From positions 47,210,311-47,262,899 of the forward strand of contig NC_057728.1 in NCBI RefSeq assembly GCF_004010195.1: a stretch of DNA of 52,589 bases, read 5' to 3'. The notes beneath the pieces are model-generated. The model worked only from the letters and a program-made list of their open reading frames with translations, was not told the origin of the DNA and did no database searches. The DNA comes from Chiloscyllium plagiosum. Its lineage: Eukaryota. The stretch's first letter is position 1; every line of letters begins with the position of its first letter. Of this stretch, positions 1 through 13,067 are shown one piece after another. The translations under genes and the position numbers were made by a program.

Positions 1-826
1 GACTGAACTCTACCATATTATGATCGCTGCTTCCTAAGTGTTCCCTTTTATAAATCTTTTATAGATCTTTTATAAAGTCTGGTCCATAGCACTAGGTCCA
101 AAATAGCCTGCTCCCTTGTGGGCTCCATGCCAAGCTGTTCCAAAAAGCCATCCTGTAAGCATTCCAAGAACCATATTATGATCGCTGCTTCCTAAGTGTT
201 CCCTTTTATAAATCTTTTATAGATCTTTTATAAAGTCTGGTCCATAGCACTAGGTCCAAAATAGCCTGCTCCCTTGTGGGCTCCATGCCAAGCTGTTCCA
301 AAAAGCCATCCTGTAAGCATTCCAAGAATTCCCCTTCTTTGGATCCACTGGCAACATTATTTACCCAGTCCACCTGCATATTGAAGTCCCCCATGATCAC
401 CGTGACCTTGCCTTTCTGACATGCCTTTTCTATTTCCCGGTACACGTTGCGCCTCTGATCCTGACCACTGTTAGGAGGTCTGTACATAACTCCCATTATG
501 GTTCTTTTGCCTTTGTGGTTCCTCAATTCCACCCACACAGACTCCACATCATCCGACCCTATCTCATTCAGTGCCATAGATTTAATTTTGTTCTTAACTA
601 ACAAGGCCACCCCGCCCCCTTTGCCCACCTCCCTGTCTTTTCGATAAGTTGTAAATCCTTGGATGTTTAGCTGCCAGTCCTGAACCCCCTGCAACCATGT
701 CTCTGTGATGCCTACCACATCATAATCATTCACGATGATCTGTGCCGTTAGTTCATCTACTTTGTTACGAATGCTACGAGCATTCAGGTAAAGTGCCTTA
801 ATGCTAACATTCTTATCATTAGAGAT
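1..826 (-). mobile_element. CR1-clade LINE, ORF2 APE endonuclease fragment
   Basis: YLNARSIRNKVDEL...DVVGITETWL...MYRPPN...IMGDFN...AILDLVL (ORF 206..733 plus upstream translation). Confidence 0.9.
13..328. repeat. Perfect 158-bp tandem duplication (13-170, 171-328)
   Basis: Direct base-by-base comparison; contains three ttttata(a/g)a-type 11-mers. Confidence 0.95.
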
Positions 827-1425
827 TTTTAAGTGTGAGCAGCAGCGGAGAAGGAGCGGGAGCAGCGGAGGAAGTGACTGGAAGGGCAGCCGGGAAGGAA
901 AGCAGTGACCATATATATCAGCAAGGCGGCTAAACCCGAGACTCTACTACTGTAGTGTCTCCCACCCCCCCTCCTCCCCTAACCTAGTTAATAAGTAGGA
1001 AGAGCAGGAGCGACAACCAGGGGACTGCCGGTAATAAATCTGGGCAGTGGCTGAATCTGAGCCACTACACGTGTTGTGTCTCCTCACACCCTCCTCTAAC
1101 CAAAAATAGAACTCTGGTTTGTTAAGGTAAGGATTTTCTATTTCTTTATCAGTGAATGGTTAAAATTTACTTTTTATGGTTTATCTATTAATTGGTTTTT
1201 AGAAAAAGACTATGGCAGAGAGGTATCAGAAAGTATTTTAACTCAAACCTAAGCAGAGATGGCTGGGCAGGTGATGTGCTGTAGCTGTATGATGTAGGAG
1301 CTGGCTGATCCCATTGTGAATGGCAGTGACCACATCTGCAGCAGATGTTGGTTGCTGGAAGAACTCCGGCTCAGAGTTGAAGATCTGGAATCTGAGCTTC
1401 AAACACTGTGGCACATCCGCAGAGA
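827..1425 (+). mobile_element. CR1-clade LINE 5' UTR plus ORF1 N-terminus (zinc finger/leucine zipper)
   Basis: From ATG 1259: MAGQVMCCSCMM*ELADPIVNGSDHICSRCWLLEELRLRVEDLESELQTL; CxxC...CxxC followed by heptad leucines; one nonsense codon. Confidence 0.75.
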
Positions 1426-3989
1426 CTTTCACTACCAGCAAAAAAATCTCAGTTCACATTTTGACTATAAAATGTGGAAGGTCTGATTAAAAAGTTAAAA
1501 GAGGAATAACTTTTTAATAAATACCTTACACAATTCGGCAATTTTATTCAACTGCTTTAATATCTTTCAAGGTCCAAATATATTATTTATATGGGCCAGT
1601 AAATGCGGGGAAAAACAAAAGAGTGACTGGAAACTTATACCAACAAATAGATAAGGAGTCAGCAGAGTGTAACTGCAGCCTTTAGAATAATCGACACAAT
1701 CATGTCATTCAAATAACTCAGAATGAAAATGCTTCACAGCCAAAACAAAACAAGATCCTGTTGAATCTGGTTCTTTTACCATAAAATAGTAGGTTGGACA
1801 AAATTCTTATTGAGGGTTCCTGCAACTCTAATGAGTATTACCCAGAGTTAAATTTTAATAGTCCTTTGGTTATTCACAAAAAACATATTACAGATGTAAT
1901 TATTTCTGACAAATGATAATTTATGGTAATCATGTTTGCAACCCAGTAAGCTCAATAACTTCAGGTTAACCCAGGGGATATGGAATAGACATCTTGTTGT
2001 CACTTTCACCCACATTAAAATTTAAAAGCTCAAGAAATTCATAACACATAGAAGCAATATTAGCTTGCATTTGGAAGCAATATATTGCAACTGCAGTTGC
2101 TATAGGTACAGACTACAAAATAACATAATTAAATCTATACTTTCAAAGTTGAGTATTGCTGAATAAAAACATATTTTGTTAAAACTTTTCATTTTATACT
2201 CATCACTACTATTAACAAGAAGCATCAAAGGTATTGGAAAAAGAACATTACTGTGTAAGAGGAGACCCCTTGGTTGCCAAGTGGATTCTGACTGATAGAA
2301 GCATTACCATGAAGAATGCACCAGCTAATGATGGCTTAGTTAACTGTCAGGTTTTTCAAAAAAAAATTAAACTCGGCAAGTTTACCCCAATTTCTTGAGG
2401 CATTGCCCTGAGAATTAAATCAGAGAATGGCAGACACTTATTTGCTGAGGTGAAACAAGAGCAATGTGTCATTTTTTAAGCAATGCCAATGGCCTTCAAA
2501 GTTAACTTTCAAAGTTAACATTCCCTTAATAATATATTCGCTTTTGCCTTAAAGAAAAGTACTTTGTGCTTTGAAATATTTCTTATTTCATGCTATGAGA
2601 CGCCTAATCACAACAAATATCTGTATTATTATCTGAAAGATAATTTAATGCATGTAAATCCATGGACAGCCATGTAACAAAATTAAATTTACCAATTAAA
2701 ATACTGTTTACAGCAACATGTCAGCCTGTGCAGTTTTGTCCACAATAATCTTGGCAAACTGTTTGTACATTATAACTTTGGCTGCCTATTTGTACACATC
2801 CTCAGTCAAATGGCAACTTGAAGGTTTCAGATAAATTTCAGGAACACCACCAGAGCTGAGATGTAGCTTTTAAGAGGGACAGTGCCAGTTTGAGGGAAAA
2901 TGTGTCTGATGGAAAATAACAACAGACGCAGGAGTAAGGGAAATAAACTGAAGACAAACTCGTACAAAAATTTACTTGTTTAAGATATATTAAAATACTA
3001 AAAGTAATCAGCTTTTAATTTTGAGAGTGTCATTGTATACTATACGATTTTGATCCAGATAACAAGACCAAATTAAATACTTCGAAATTAAGCACTATAC
3101 TGGCAATTTGAAACAAGTGCAAACTGCTCATGCCACACATGAATGCTAATTGCTCTGCACTGGAAAGTGTAAATTCATAAAAGTACTCCTCTTTATGGAA
3201 AGACTTAATTAAGGAACTTTAGACATAGTTAAACTGCCAAAGACTTTATCATTGAAAATGTTGGAGGTGGTTATGAGATCCAGCTGGTTCTTGGGAATGC
3301 TGGATTGTGACATTTTCATTAACTTTTAGCAAGTGACCTTTTCTCCTGGTCAGAAAGCTTTGTTCAATTATAAATGTTTTCCAGCATATATAATTGAGTA
3401 TTGATTACCCTGTTGTTTGCTGCTTTTGGGTGTTGGTGGTTGAACAGTGGCATAAGGCATATTGGGAATATTTGTTCTTTAGTCCTTATTTGGATGTTTT
3501 ATTTTTTTTGGTTTATTTTTACTTTATGTATATTACAAGTTGATGTGAATCATTCTTTACAGCAGAAGGAAAGAAAATCTCACACTTAAATAGTCACTTA
3601 CACAACCTCAGTTCCAAAGTATCAGTCTCTCCAAGTGTGAGTTTATGTCAAGGGAACAAATCGGGAGAGTTCTTTCCTTTTTAATTCTTTTAAAGAACTG
3701 AAAACAAAACTGCCGCTTAACCTTTAAACCGGAATTATTCACATTTTGACAGCCATCTCCAATACAGTATATTACCTTTATAACAATAGTTACCTTATCG
3801 TTAATTCTAATTAATTTACATTAGGACTAACAGATTGTAGTCTTTAATCTGCCCATTTAAAACATTAATGGTTTAGCATTTGCACACTAATACTTAATGT
3901 AATTTCAAATCTATACCCTGTATGTTAGTTGTTGAATACTCAACTACAAATTTAATGTCTAGGAATTACAGCTGGGTATGAGAATTGGT

Positions 3990-5830
3990 AAAAACAATGA
4001 CTGCAGATGCTGGAAACCAGATTATGGATTAGTGGTGCTGGAAGAGCACAGCAGTTCAGGCAGCATCCAAGGAGCAGCAAAATCGACGTTTCAGGCAAAA
4101 GCCCTTCATCAGGAATAAAGGCAGAGAGCCTGAAGCGTGGAGAGATAAGCTAGAGGAGGGTGGGGGTGGGGAGAGAGTAGCATAGAGTACAATAGGTCAG
4201 TGGGGAAGGAGATGAAGGTGATAGGTCAGGGAGGAGAGGGTGGAGTGGATAGGTGGAAAAGGAGNNNNNNNNNNNNNNNNNNNNNNNNNNNNNNNNNNNN
4301 NNNNNNNNNNNNNNNNNNNNNNNNNNNNNNNNNNNNNNNNNNNNNNNNNNNNNNNNNNNNNNNNNNNNNNNNNNNNNNNNNNNNNNNNNNNNNNNNNNNN
4401 NNNNNNNNNNNNNNNNNNNNNNNNNNNNNNNNNNNNNNNNNNNNNNNNNNNNNNNNNNNNNNNNNNNNNNNNNNNNNNNNNNNNNNNNNNNNNNNNNNNN
4501 NNNNNNNNNNNNNNNNNNNNNNNNNNNNNNNNNNNNNNNNNNNNNNNNNNNNNNNNNNNNNNNNNNNNNNNNNNNNNNNNNNNNNNNNNNNNNNNNNNNN
4601 NNNNNNNNNNNNNNNNNNNNNNNNNNNNNNNNNNNNNNNNNNNNNNNNNNNNNNNNNNNNNNNNNNNNNNNNNNNNNNNNNNNNNNNNNNNNNNNNNNNN
4701 NNNNNNNNNAAGGTTGGTAGGGTGGAAGGTGAGCACCAGGGGCGTTCTGTCCTTGTTACGGTTGGAGGGGTGGGGTCTGAGGGCAGAGGTGCGGGATGTG
4801 GACGAGATGCGTTGGAGGGCATCTTTAACCACGTGGGAAGGGAAATTGCGGTCTCTAAAGAAGGAGGCCATCTGGTGTGTTCTGTGGTGGAATTGGTCCT
4901 CCTGGGAGCAGATCCGGTGGAGGCGGAGGAATTGGGAGTACGGGATGGCATTTTTGCAAGAGGTCTTGTGGGAAGAGGTGTAATCCAGGTAGCTGTGGGA
5001 GCCAGTGGGTTTGTAAAAAATGTCAGTGTCAAGTCGGTCGTCATTAATGGAGATGGAGAGGTCCAGGAAGGAGAGGGAGGTATCAGAGATGGTCCAGGTA
5101 AATTTAAGGATATGGGTGGAATGTGTTGGTGAAGTTGATGAATTGCTCAACCTCCTCACGGGAGCACGAGGTGGTGCCAATGCAGTCATCAATGTAGCAG
5201 AGGAAGAGGTGGGGAGTGGTGCCGGTGTAATTACGGAAGATCAACTGTTCTACGTAGCCAACAAAGAGACAGGCATAGCTGAGGCCCATACGTGTGTCCA
5301 TGGCTACCCCTTTGGTCTGGAGGAAGTGGGAGGATTCGAAGGAGAAATTGTTAAGGGTGAGGACCAGTTCGGCCAAACGAATGAGAGTGTCGGTGGAAGG
5401 GTACTGTTAGGAACGTCTGGAGAGGAAAAAACGGAGGGCTTGGAGGCCCTGGTCATGGCGGATGGAGGTGTAGAGGGATTGGATATCCATGGTCATGATG
5501 AGGCGTTGGGAGCTAGGGAAACGGAAGTCTTGGAGGAGGTGGAGGGCGTGGGTAGTGTCTCGAATGTATGTGGGGAGTTCCTGGACTAGGGTGGATAGGA
5601 CAGTGTTGAGGTAGATAGCGATGTGTTCAGTGGGGCAGGAGCATGCTGAGACAATGGGTCGGCCAGGGTGGTTAGGCTTGTGGATCTTGGGAAGGAGGTA
5701 GAACCGGGCAGTGCGGGGTTCCCGGACTATGAGGTTGGAAGCTGTGGGTGGGAGATCTCCTTAGGTGATGAGGTTCTGTATGGTCTGGGAGATGATGGTT
5801 TGGTGATGGGGGGTGGGGTCATGGTCGAGG
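3990..5830 (-). mobile_element. Penelope-like element, 5'-truncated (RT region plus pseudo-LTR with hammerhead motif)
   Basis: LVLTLNNFSF...FLQTKGVAM.TRMG.SYACLF...YIDD and LKFTWTIS...FLDLSI...YKPT.SHSYLDYTSSH...IPYSQFLRL.RICS are typical PLE RT motifs; frameshifted; hammerhead core at 4081-4117. Confidence 0.9.
4265..4709. other. Assembly gap (445 N)
   Basis: Run of n inside the PLE. Confidence 1.
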
Positions 5831-5988
5831 CCAAGTGTGTTTCACATCAATGTAACAGTTGAAGAATAAAAACAGCCTGAATCCAGAGTCAAGACCCGAT
5901 TTAACATCAAAGTGGAAGTCTTTCATTCTACTTCATGCCTGCTATTTCTGGCTCCACATTAGGATAATTTATCAACAATTATCTAGGT

Positions 5989-6222
5989 TGTGACTGTAGA
6001 GATTGGTACAAGGGACAGATGGATCTCATTGAATAAGAGATCCCTGATTGACCCAAGTTAACAGTCCTGACAGGGAGCACTGGCTGACAGATATGAGCAG
6101 GAGTCTCAGAGAGTCTCCACAATCTAGGGACAGCCTCTGAGCTGGCTGGTCAGAGTCCAGTATGGTGCATGTGTAAATAGATGCTTTGGTGACAAGATAT
6201 TAACCTCTGTGCAGTTATTTCA
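5989..6222 (+). repeat. Short LTR-like interspersed repeat; related copy in reverse orientation at ~13446-13644
   Basis: TG...CA ends; shared blocks (ccctgattg, ctctgagctggctg, ttggtga, gttatttca) between the two copies. Confidence 0.5.
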
Positions 6223-6227
6223 GTGAT

Positions 6228-6653
6228 GGAAGCAGAAATTGCCAGAAAAGCTCAACACATCTGGCAGTATCTGCGGAGAGAAAGCAAGTTATTCTTCAGA
6301 ACTGATTGCAGGTCGGAAAAGGTTATATATGCTAAAGAAGAAATTGGGTTGGGGGAGGGGGAGGGGAGAAGTAAGTGATCGGTCGAGATTGAGCCCAGAG
6401 TGAAAAAAACAAATTGGTCAGACAAATATATGATGAGGTGGTGGGTTTGGGAGAGGCGATGGAGTCAGTGGGAACGAGAGGGGAGGATGGTTCTGGAGGA
6501 GTGTGGTATCTCTAAGTTATCGCATCTTTTGTTCCTTAATACCTTAAAAGGAAAACAAAAAAAGTTTCTTCTGAGAATGGTGAACGTGCCAGAGGATGAA
6601 GGGGAATTTGGGAAGGTTGTAGGGGAGGGGGTGTGGGAAGGTTGGGGGAGGCA

Positions 6654-6686
<33 letters not shown>

Positions 6687-7170
6687 GAGACATTGACCAT
6701 GTGCATATGCCAATGCAAGGCACTGAGTGTGGATCTCAAGATGCGGCGAGAACAGCTGTCTGAGGACCAGTGACAATCACAGGGACCTGTGATCCTGGGT
6801 GGATTCAAGCCGTGGAGGCTGAAACTTGAGTTGGCATGGACGTGGGGTGAAATTGAACTGGAGTCAGTCACGGAGGAATGTGGTGTGGCCGTGGAAGCGA
6901 GTTTTTGCAGATATCTTGTCAAACACCAGGAGTGACAACAAAATTAATGGCGAGGAGTAAAAAGAAAAGATTAGAACAGAAATCCTGTCAGACAGAGGAG
7001 TAGAATGTCTGCAAGGTGGGCATACCTGGATTAGATGCAGCAGTGAGTTAAACATGAAACCAAAACAAAAAGAACTTTGAATGCTGGAAATCAGAAACAA
7101 AACCAGAAATTGCTGGAAAAACTCAGCTGGTCCAGCATCATCTGCGGAGAGAACGCAGAGTTAATGCTTC
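6228..7170 (-). mobile_element. Degraded PLE of a second family (terminal repeats plus ORF N-terminus)
   Basis: Related terminal blocks (cagaaattgc...aaa.ctca.c...gcatctgcggagag) at ~6230-6300 and ~7080-7170; fragments VFDKISAKTRFHGH and SDSCSRRILRSTLSA resemble PLE ORF N-termini as I recall them; (GACA)n at ~6655-6690. Confidence 0.5.
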
Positions 7171-9097
7171 AGTTCAGGAAAAAGGGGGGAGGCAGAATGG
7201 CTTGTTTGTATTAATAGTCCACGTGATGACAGGACATGGTGTGTGGCAATTGGAGTAAGGACATGGGAGAAGATGCCTCACACCCTAAAATTGTTGAACT
7301 CAACATTGAATCCAAAGGCTATTGGGTGCCCAAGCAAAAATGAGTTTTTTTTGACATTTGTTTTGCACTTGCATTTTATTCGACATGTAGTAAATTGCTC
7401 AGAACTTTGTATAAATATGCATGTATATAAAAACAATAGCCTTCATACATCACCAATGTGAAGCATCTAACAATAAAAAATGTCAACTCTTCACAAAGAG
7501 TTAAACATGAAGTGAAGAGTTTCTCCAAGAACAATGTGTTTAATTACTTTCATAATATCCTGCAAACTGTATCTAGCTGAACTTGTCAAAAGGCAAAGAC
7601 CGTAAGGCAAAATTGTGAAAGACATGGAAGAGCAAAAATCTTGGAGTCAGTCCTATGAAAATTGATTAATAGATTTCAGCACAGCTTAATGAGCAAACAC
7701 TATGTATAATTGTGGGTGTAATTTTCAACCAGGGAGGTTTCTTTTGCTATTGATTCCACAATGGTGGCTGTTGTGTCTATGTAAGGATGGAGAAGGAATG
7801 CAGTACAAAGTAAGGAGCAAGAATTGGTTTGCGATGTGCGAGAAAATATTATTAATTTTAAAGTGTTTCACTCTTTCAGAGATTGATACTAATGAATTTT
7901 AATGAATGAAAAGATCAGAAATTAAATTTCCACAAAAATTAGAGCTTTGAGATTGAATCAAAACATTTTGTTTCATTTTAACTTCTTTGATGTATATTTT
8001 ATGGAAAATCATAAGATAAATGCAAAAGTGTATCAATTTTAATAAAATATTTAGATTAACACATTTTGCATATGCAAATAATCAACATATCATTCTTTTC
8101 ATATTTTTGAGCTAAATCAAACATTCAGAAGTCATGAGATTTGATTCTGACAGGCTTTTATAGATGTCAGGATGATTTAAAGATTGCTGGAGATTTGTGC
8201 ATGTAGGATATGGCTGTCTGACTTACTTGAGACCTAATTTTAGATGAATTCACCCAGAGGCAAGTATTGAATGACAATGTGCAAATAAGCAAACGGGGTG
8301 AATAAAAAACGTGCATTTGTGAACAGGGTTCCTTTCCTTGACAAATGTCTGGAAATGAAGATGTTTCATTATTGACAAATATAAAACATGATATTTTTCA
8401 AAAAAACGTTTGCCTTGGGTACTGTGTTTTTTTTTAACAAAAGGAAACATTACTTTAAAAATGCAAATGGGGGTTAGTTATAAATGTCTCCCAAAAAGCT
8501 GCTCAGTTTCCATCACTGAATTTTTAAACATGTTGTAACATCTTCTGCCAGAACACATTCACAACCGATTCTTTTTAGAAATTCAGTTTCAAGCTAGATG
8601 CACTCGCTTGGCTCACTTAAATGTTACGGTACAACTTATATCTAACAAAAACAGAGTTAAAGTGAATATTTGGGAAGAATAGGTGACTCACTGAATGCAT
8701 ATTTTCATATGGAGAGATTGGGAAAATTAGGAAATTGAAAATGCACCACGTCACTTTGTGATTACTTTCGCAACCCATCTGACAAGAATATTGAACTGTC
8801 AGATTGCTATTTCTGCATGTTATGAAACTCACAAGCCAGAGGAGGAATTTAACCAGGAGCGGTTTTCAGGCATATATTGGGTGCAGCAAGAGTCAAACTC
8901 CTCTGATTTCATCAGAGTGAAGCCCAATTAATTTTAACTCCAGTGCTTTAATTGCATCTGTTTGTTCAGTAATTGAATCTGGTGTGGGCGGCCTCAGAGT
9001 GGGATTTCGAAGGGAATGCCAGAAGTATATTTAAAACATGACTGCACCTCTTAAAAGGAGTAAAATCTGAAAGAACTATATATACTGTAAATCAGAT

Positions 9098-9410
9098 CCA
9101 AAAACAGAAACTGCTGGAAAATCTCAGCAGGTCTGCCAGCATCCATGGAGAGAAATCAAAGTTAACGTTTCAGGTCAAGTGACCCTTCCTCAGAACTCAG
9201 TTCCTGGTTTCTGACACTGCTACAAAGAAATATTAAATTGCAAGGCAGACACCAAATTTTCCCTGAAAGAAAACAGAAATTGCTGGAGAATCTCAGCATA
9301 TTTGACAGCATCTGTGTAGAGAAAACAGAGAACTGTTTCCACCCACAAATACTATCAGACCTGCTAAGTTCCTCCAGTAATTTTGGCTTTGGTTTCAGAT
9401 TTTGAAAATT
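9098..9410. mobile_element. PLE terminal-repeat fragments, one with an intact minimal hammerhead motif (9160-9197, minus)
   Basis: Minus strand agtt-CTGAGGA-a-gggtca-ct-tgacct-GAAA-cgtt-aact; further copies in both orientations at 9270-9410. Confidence 0.7.
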
Positions 9411-10747
9411 TTGTTTTATTTTAGCTAAATTTTGTCTATTGCCTACCTGGATGGAAGAGGTGATGGTGAGGAAAAATGTTTTCCATTGCCTCAAAAGAGA
9501 ATACAGATTCAAAAATCAATGTACAAATGCAAGAGATGGTTAGTTCCAGGAGCATCACATCCAGGGTCTTGAGTTCAATCCATTATATGGTTCAATGAGT
9601 TGAATAAGTAGCAATGGTGTGAACAGTCTCTATTTTTTCACCGGGAAAATATCCTTGTTTACTCTCTTCCCACCTCTAAATCTTTCCCTCTTTATTAAAC
9701 ACAAGGCCATGCTCGATCATCTCATTTTTACACCAAGCACACACTCACCTCTGGCTTGTGAGTTTCATAACATGCAGAAATAGCAATCTGAGTTAATAGA
9801 AGGGAACAATCAGAAAATAAGGAACTCCTTCAATGACTCCTTCCTCAAATGTACATGGCAGTCATGTTCTGCGAATACACAACTCTGGTCCTGTCTGCAA
9901 CTTGCTACTTCTCATTCCCAAATGTATCCCCTATGTGAAGAAGACCAGGCTTACACAATTCTTCTCAACAGTTGTTTATTAATATTCTCACTTTCTGTCT
10001 GTAAATGAAAGCAGCTCATGATATTTAAAGGGGAACCAAATGCCATTCCAGTTCTAAATGTCAGAGAGTAGGCAGCCTGGCATATTTAGTGACTGTGCAG
10101 TCTTTTAGAAATGACCTGGCTGGAAGCTGAATTGAGCAGGCTATCTGTCCATTGCTCATCCCATTTCATTTACCTCAAAGAGTAATATATTCAACACGTT
10201 TGAAAGTGTTGTGCTGTATGGTGAAATCTGACGTCTGTTACTGTCTTGTATATTTGTGTCATGCTGACATTATACCTTTCTGTAGACTCTGTTCAGCTCC
10301 TGGACACTCTGAACAAGGACTATCTTCAAAGGTTCATAGTCAGGTAACATTACAGAGACTGGCACCCTTGGTGGATTACACAGGAAGCTAGAAGAATCTT
10401 CAACAGTAAAAGAAAATACTATAGATTATGGAAATCTGAAACAAATGCCAAAAATGCTGGAGTTACTCAATAGGTCCAGCAGCATCTGTAGAGAGAGAAA
10501 CCTTTCAAGTCCACATTACTTTTCTTCATAACTGGAGGAATATTCACACAGTTAGGCACCAACATCTGAGCAAGAGGTACTAAAATGGATAGTCTCAGTG
10601 ACAGTTCACTGGAGTGGAAGCTCAACCCCATTTTTTTGCCATGGAAAACAATGTGATGATATCAAGAACCAAAACTTTGAATAAAAAAGCACTATTAAAA
10701 CATATGGTATGTTAAAAGGTCTGCCCAGGAATTACTGTGGTACAAGA

Positions 10748-11836
10748 AGGTGGTGGTGGAGAGTTGCTTTTCAGATTGGAGGCCTGTGACCAATGGTGTG
10801 CCACAAGGATCGGTGCCAGGTCCGTTACTTTTTGTCATTTATGTAAATGATTTGGATGTGAACATAGCAAGTATGGTTAGTAAATTTGCAGATGGTACTA
10901 ATATTAGTGGTGACATGGACAGCCAAGAAGGTTACCTTAGAGTACAACAGGACCTTGTTTAGATGGGCTGGTGGCAGTTGGAGTTTAACTTAGATAAACG
11001 TGAGGTGCTGCGTTTCAGAAACGTAAATCAAGGCAGGACTTTTGTATTTAATGGTAAGGTCCTGGGAGTGTTGATGAACAAAGAGACCTTGGCCTTAGGT
11101 AATGCAATATACTTTTGAAGACATCTATAAAAATAGAACTTCTAGAATAAAGGTCCAAGATCCAGGTTCATACTTCCTTGAAAATGGAGTCACAGGTAGA
11201 CAGGATAGTGAAGAAGGCATTTGGAATGATTACCTTTATTGGTCAGTGCATTGAGCGTAGAAATTGGGAGGTCACGTTGCCACTGTACAGGACATTGGTT
11301 TGGCCACTTTTGGAATACTGCATGCAATTCTGGTCTGGCCTCCCTCCTATACGAAGGATGGTGTGAAACTTGAAAGGGTTCAGAAAAGATTTACAAAGAT
11401 GTTGCCAGGGCTGGAGGGTTTGAGCTATCGGGAGAGGCTAATTAAGCTGGAGCTATTTTCCCTAGAGTGTCGGACACTGAGGGGTGACCTTATAGAGGTT
11501 TAGTAAATCATGGGGTCATAGGTAGAGTGAATAGCCTAGAGTACCAAGGGTACCAGAGTCCAAAACTAGAGGGCATAGGTTTAAGGTGAGAAACTAAAGA
11601 TTTAAAAGGGACCTAAGGGGCAACGTTTTCATGCAGAGGGTGGTGTGTGGTGGAGGCTGGTACAGTTACAACATTTAAAAGGCATCTGGATAGATATATG
11701 AATAGGAAGGATTTAGAAAGACATGGGCCAAATGCTGGCAAGTGGAACTTGGTTAATTTAGGAGATCTGGTGAGCATGGACGAGTCAGATCGAAGGATCT
11801 GTTTCTATGCTGTAAAGCTCTATGAATCTATGGCTC
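10748..11836 (+). mobile_element. CR1 LINE 3' fragment (RT C-terminal half plus 3' UTR)
   Basis: SDWRPVTNGVPQGSVPGPLLFVIYVNDLD...SKFAD; LEYCMQFWS; LERVQKRFT; (ctctatga)n tail. Confidence 0.92.
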
Positions 11837-12185
11837 TAACCAAAGGTTTGCTGGAGTCGGCCTCAGATGATGCAACGTTCTTTCAAAAACATCTACATAT
11901 GTAGAACTTCTGGATTGAAGAAAAACATAATTTTCATATGATACGAAGGTATGTAGCCAGTGTAAAATTAGAACCAGAGACAGACAGAAAAACCTCTATT
12001 GGAACAATGAGTGATTTTAAAAGGAAGCAATGCTTTGGGTTTGAATTAGGTACATTTCACCATTATCTTACTCAGGTCCTGACCACACCTAAGTAATGTG
12101 TTCTCCCACATTAAAGAATTTAAAAGGATACATCACTTAAAAAGGAACAAATACCATTCACAATGCTGACATGTGAAATAAGAGG

Positions 12186-12278
12186 CGAGATTGTGGTACT
12201 GGAAAAGCACAGCAGTTCAGGCAGCATCTGAGGAGCAGGTGAATCGACATTTCAGGCATATGCCCTTCATCAGGAATG
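12186..12278 (-). mobile_element. Short PLE terminal-repeat insertion with hammerhead motif
   Basis: Minus strand attcCTGATGAagggcatatgcctGAAAtgtcgattc. Confidence 0.8.
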
Positions 12279-13067
12279 TGTGTATTAGGGGTAGGGGTCG
12301 GGGGGGTGGTGATGAGTTAACAGATAAAGAGAGTGAAATGACAATCTACTCTCAATTGCTGGCAAGAGCAATAGCATAAAGCTCTCTGTCGATACCAAGA
12401 CAAGGCCAGCTACAGGTATTAAAGAGGAAACAACAACAATTAAATATTGAAAAGTAAATTGACATTTTTTTTGATAAATGTATTGCTTTAGGAAAGGGTA
12501 TAATCAGAGTAAGAGAATCACCAACGGTTAATGGTCACTTTACAAAGAAGGGCCAGTATCAAAAAGTCAAAACTGAAATCGACAGAAGGGAGCAGTTCAG
12601 TAGTGCCACAAAGAATGGTTATCATTGCCACGGCTGGCAGAAGATTAGGGTCTCGCGGGTCAGGGATTAGCAATAATGATGTCCACATGAAGGAATAAAA
12701 ATAAATGTTGTTGCAGATTATTTTGCCTATCTGCTCCTCCAAGCAACCTTTGCAGGATGGCTGCAAACTTAACAAATTTGTTAAGGCCCAACCAAAACCT
12801 TTTACCACTGAACAGAAAGTGCAGACAGTAATGAAGGAGACGAGGAACCCGTACTCTGAATGAAATTAAGGGTGAATTGTGACAAAATAAATTCCATCTA
12901 TGCCTCTTAAATGGATAGGTGAGTGGGGCCCATCACATACCCTATCACTCATAACATACAGACTTACTAGTACTTTCATTACTCGTTGACTTGTTACCAT
13001 AATTTGTAATACCAGCAGAGATCACTCTGGCCCAAGTCCTCTCTACAAGACCAATTTACAGATTATT

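Noticed and set aside
4197..5192. Long ORFs of 155-331 aa
   Set aside because: Length inflated by the N gap; only the PLE RT frame is meaningful.
5020..5589. 189-aa plus-strand ORF
   Set aside because: Antisense shadow of the PLE RT.
12340..12700. Possible two-exon plus-strand mini-gene (ACAG|gtatta ... ctttag|GA, ~58 open codons, AATAAA after the stop)
   Set aside because: No recognisable homology, and a stop lies just upstream in the same frame; compatible with chance.
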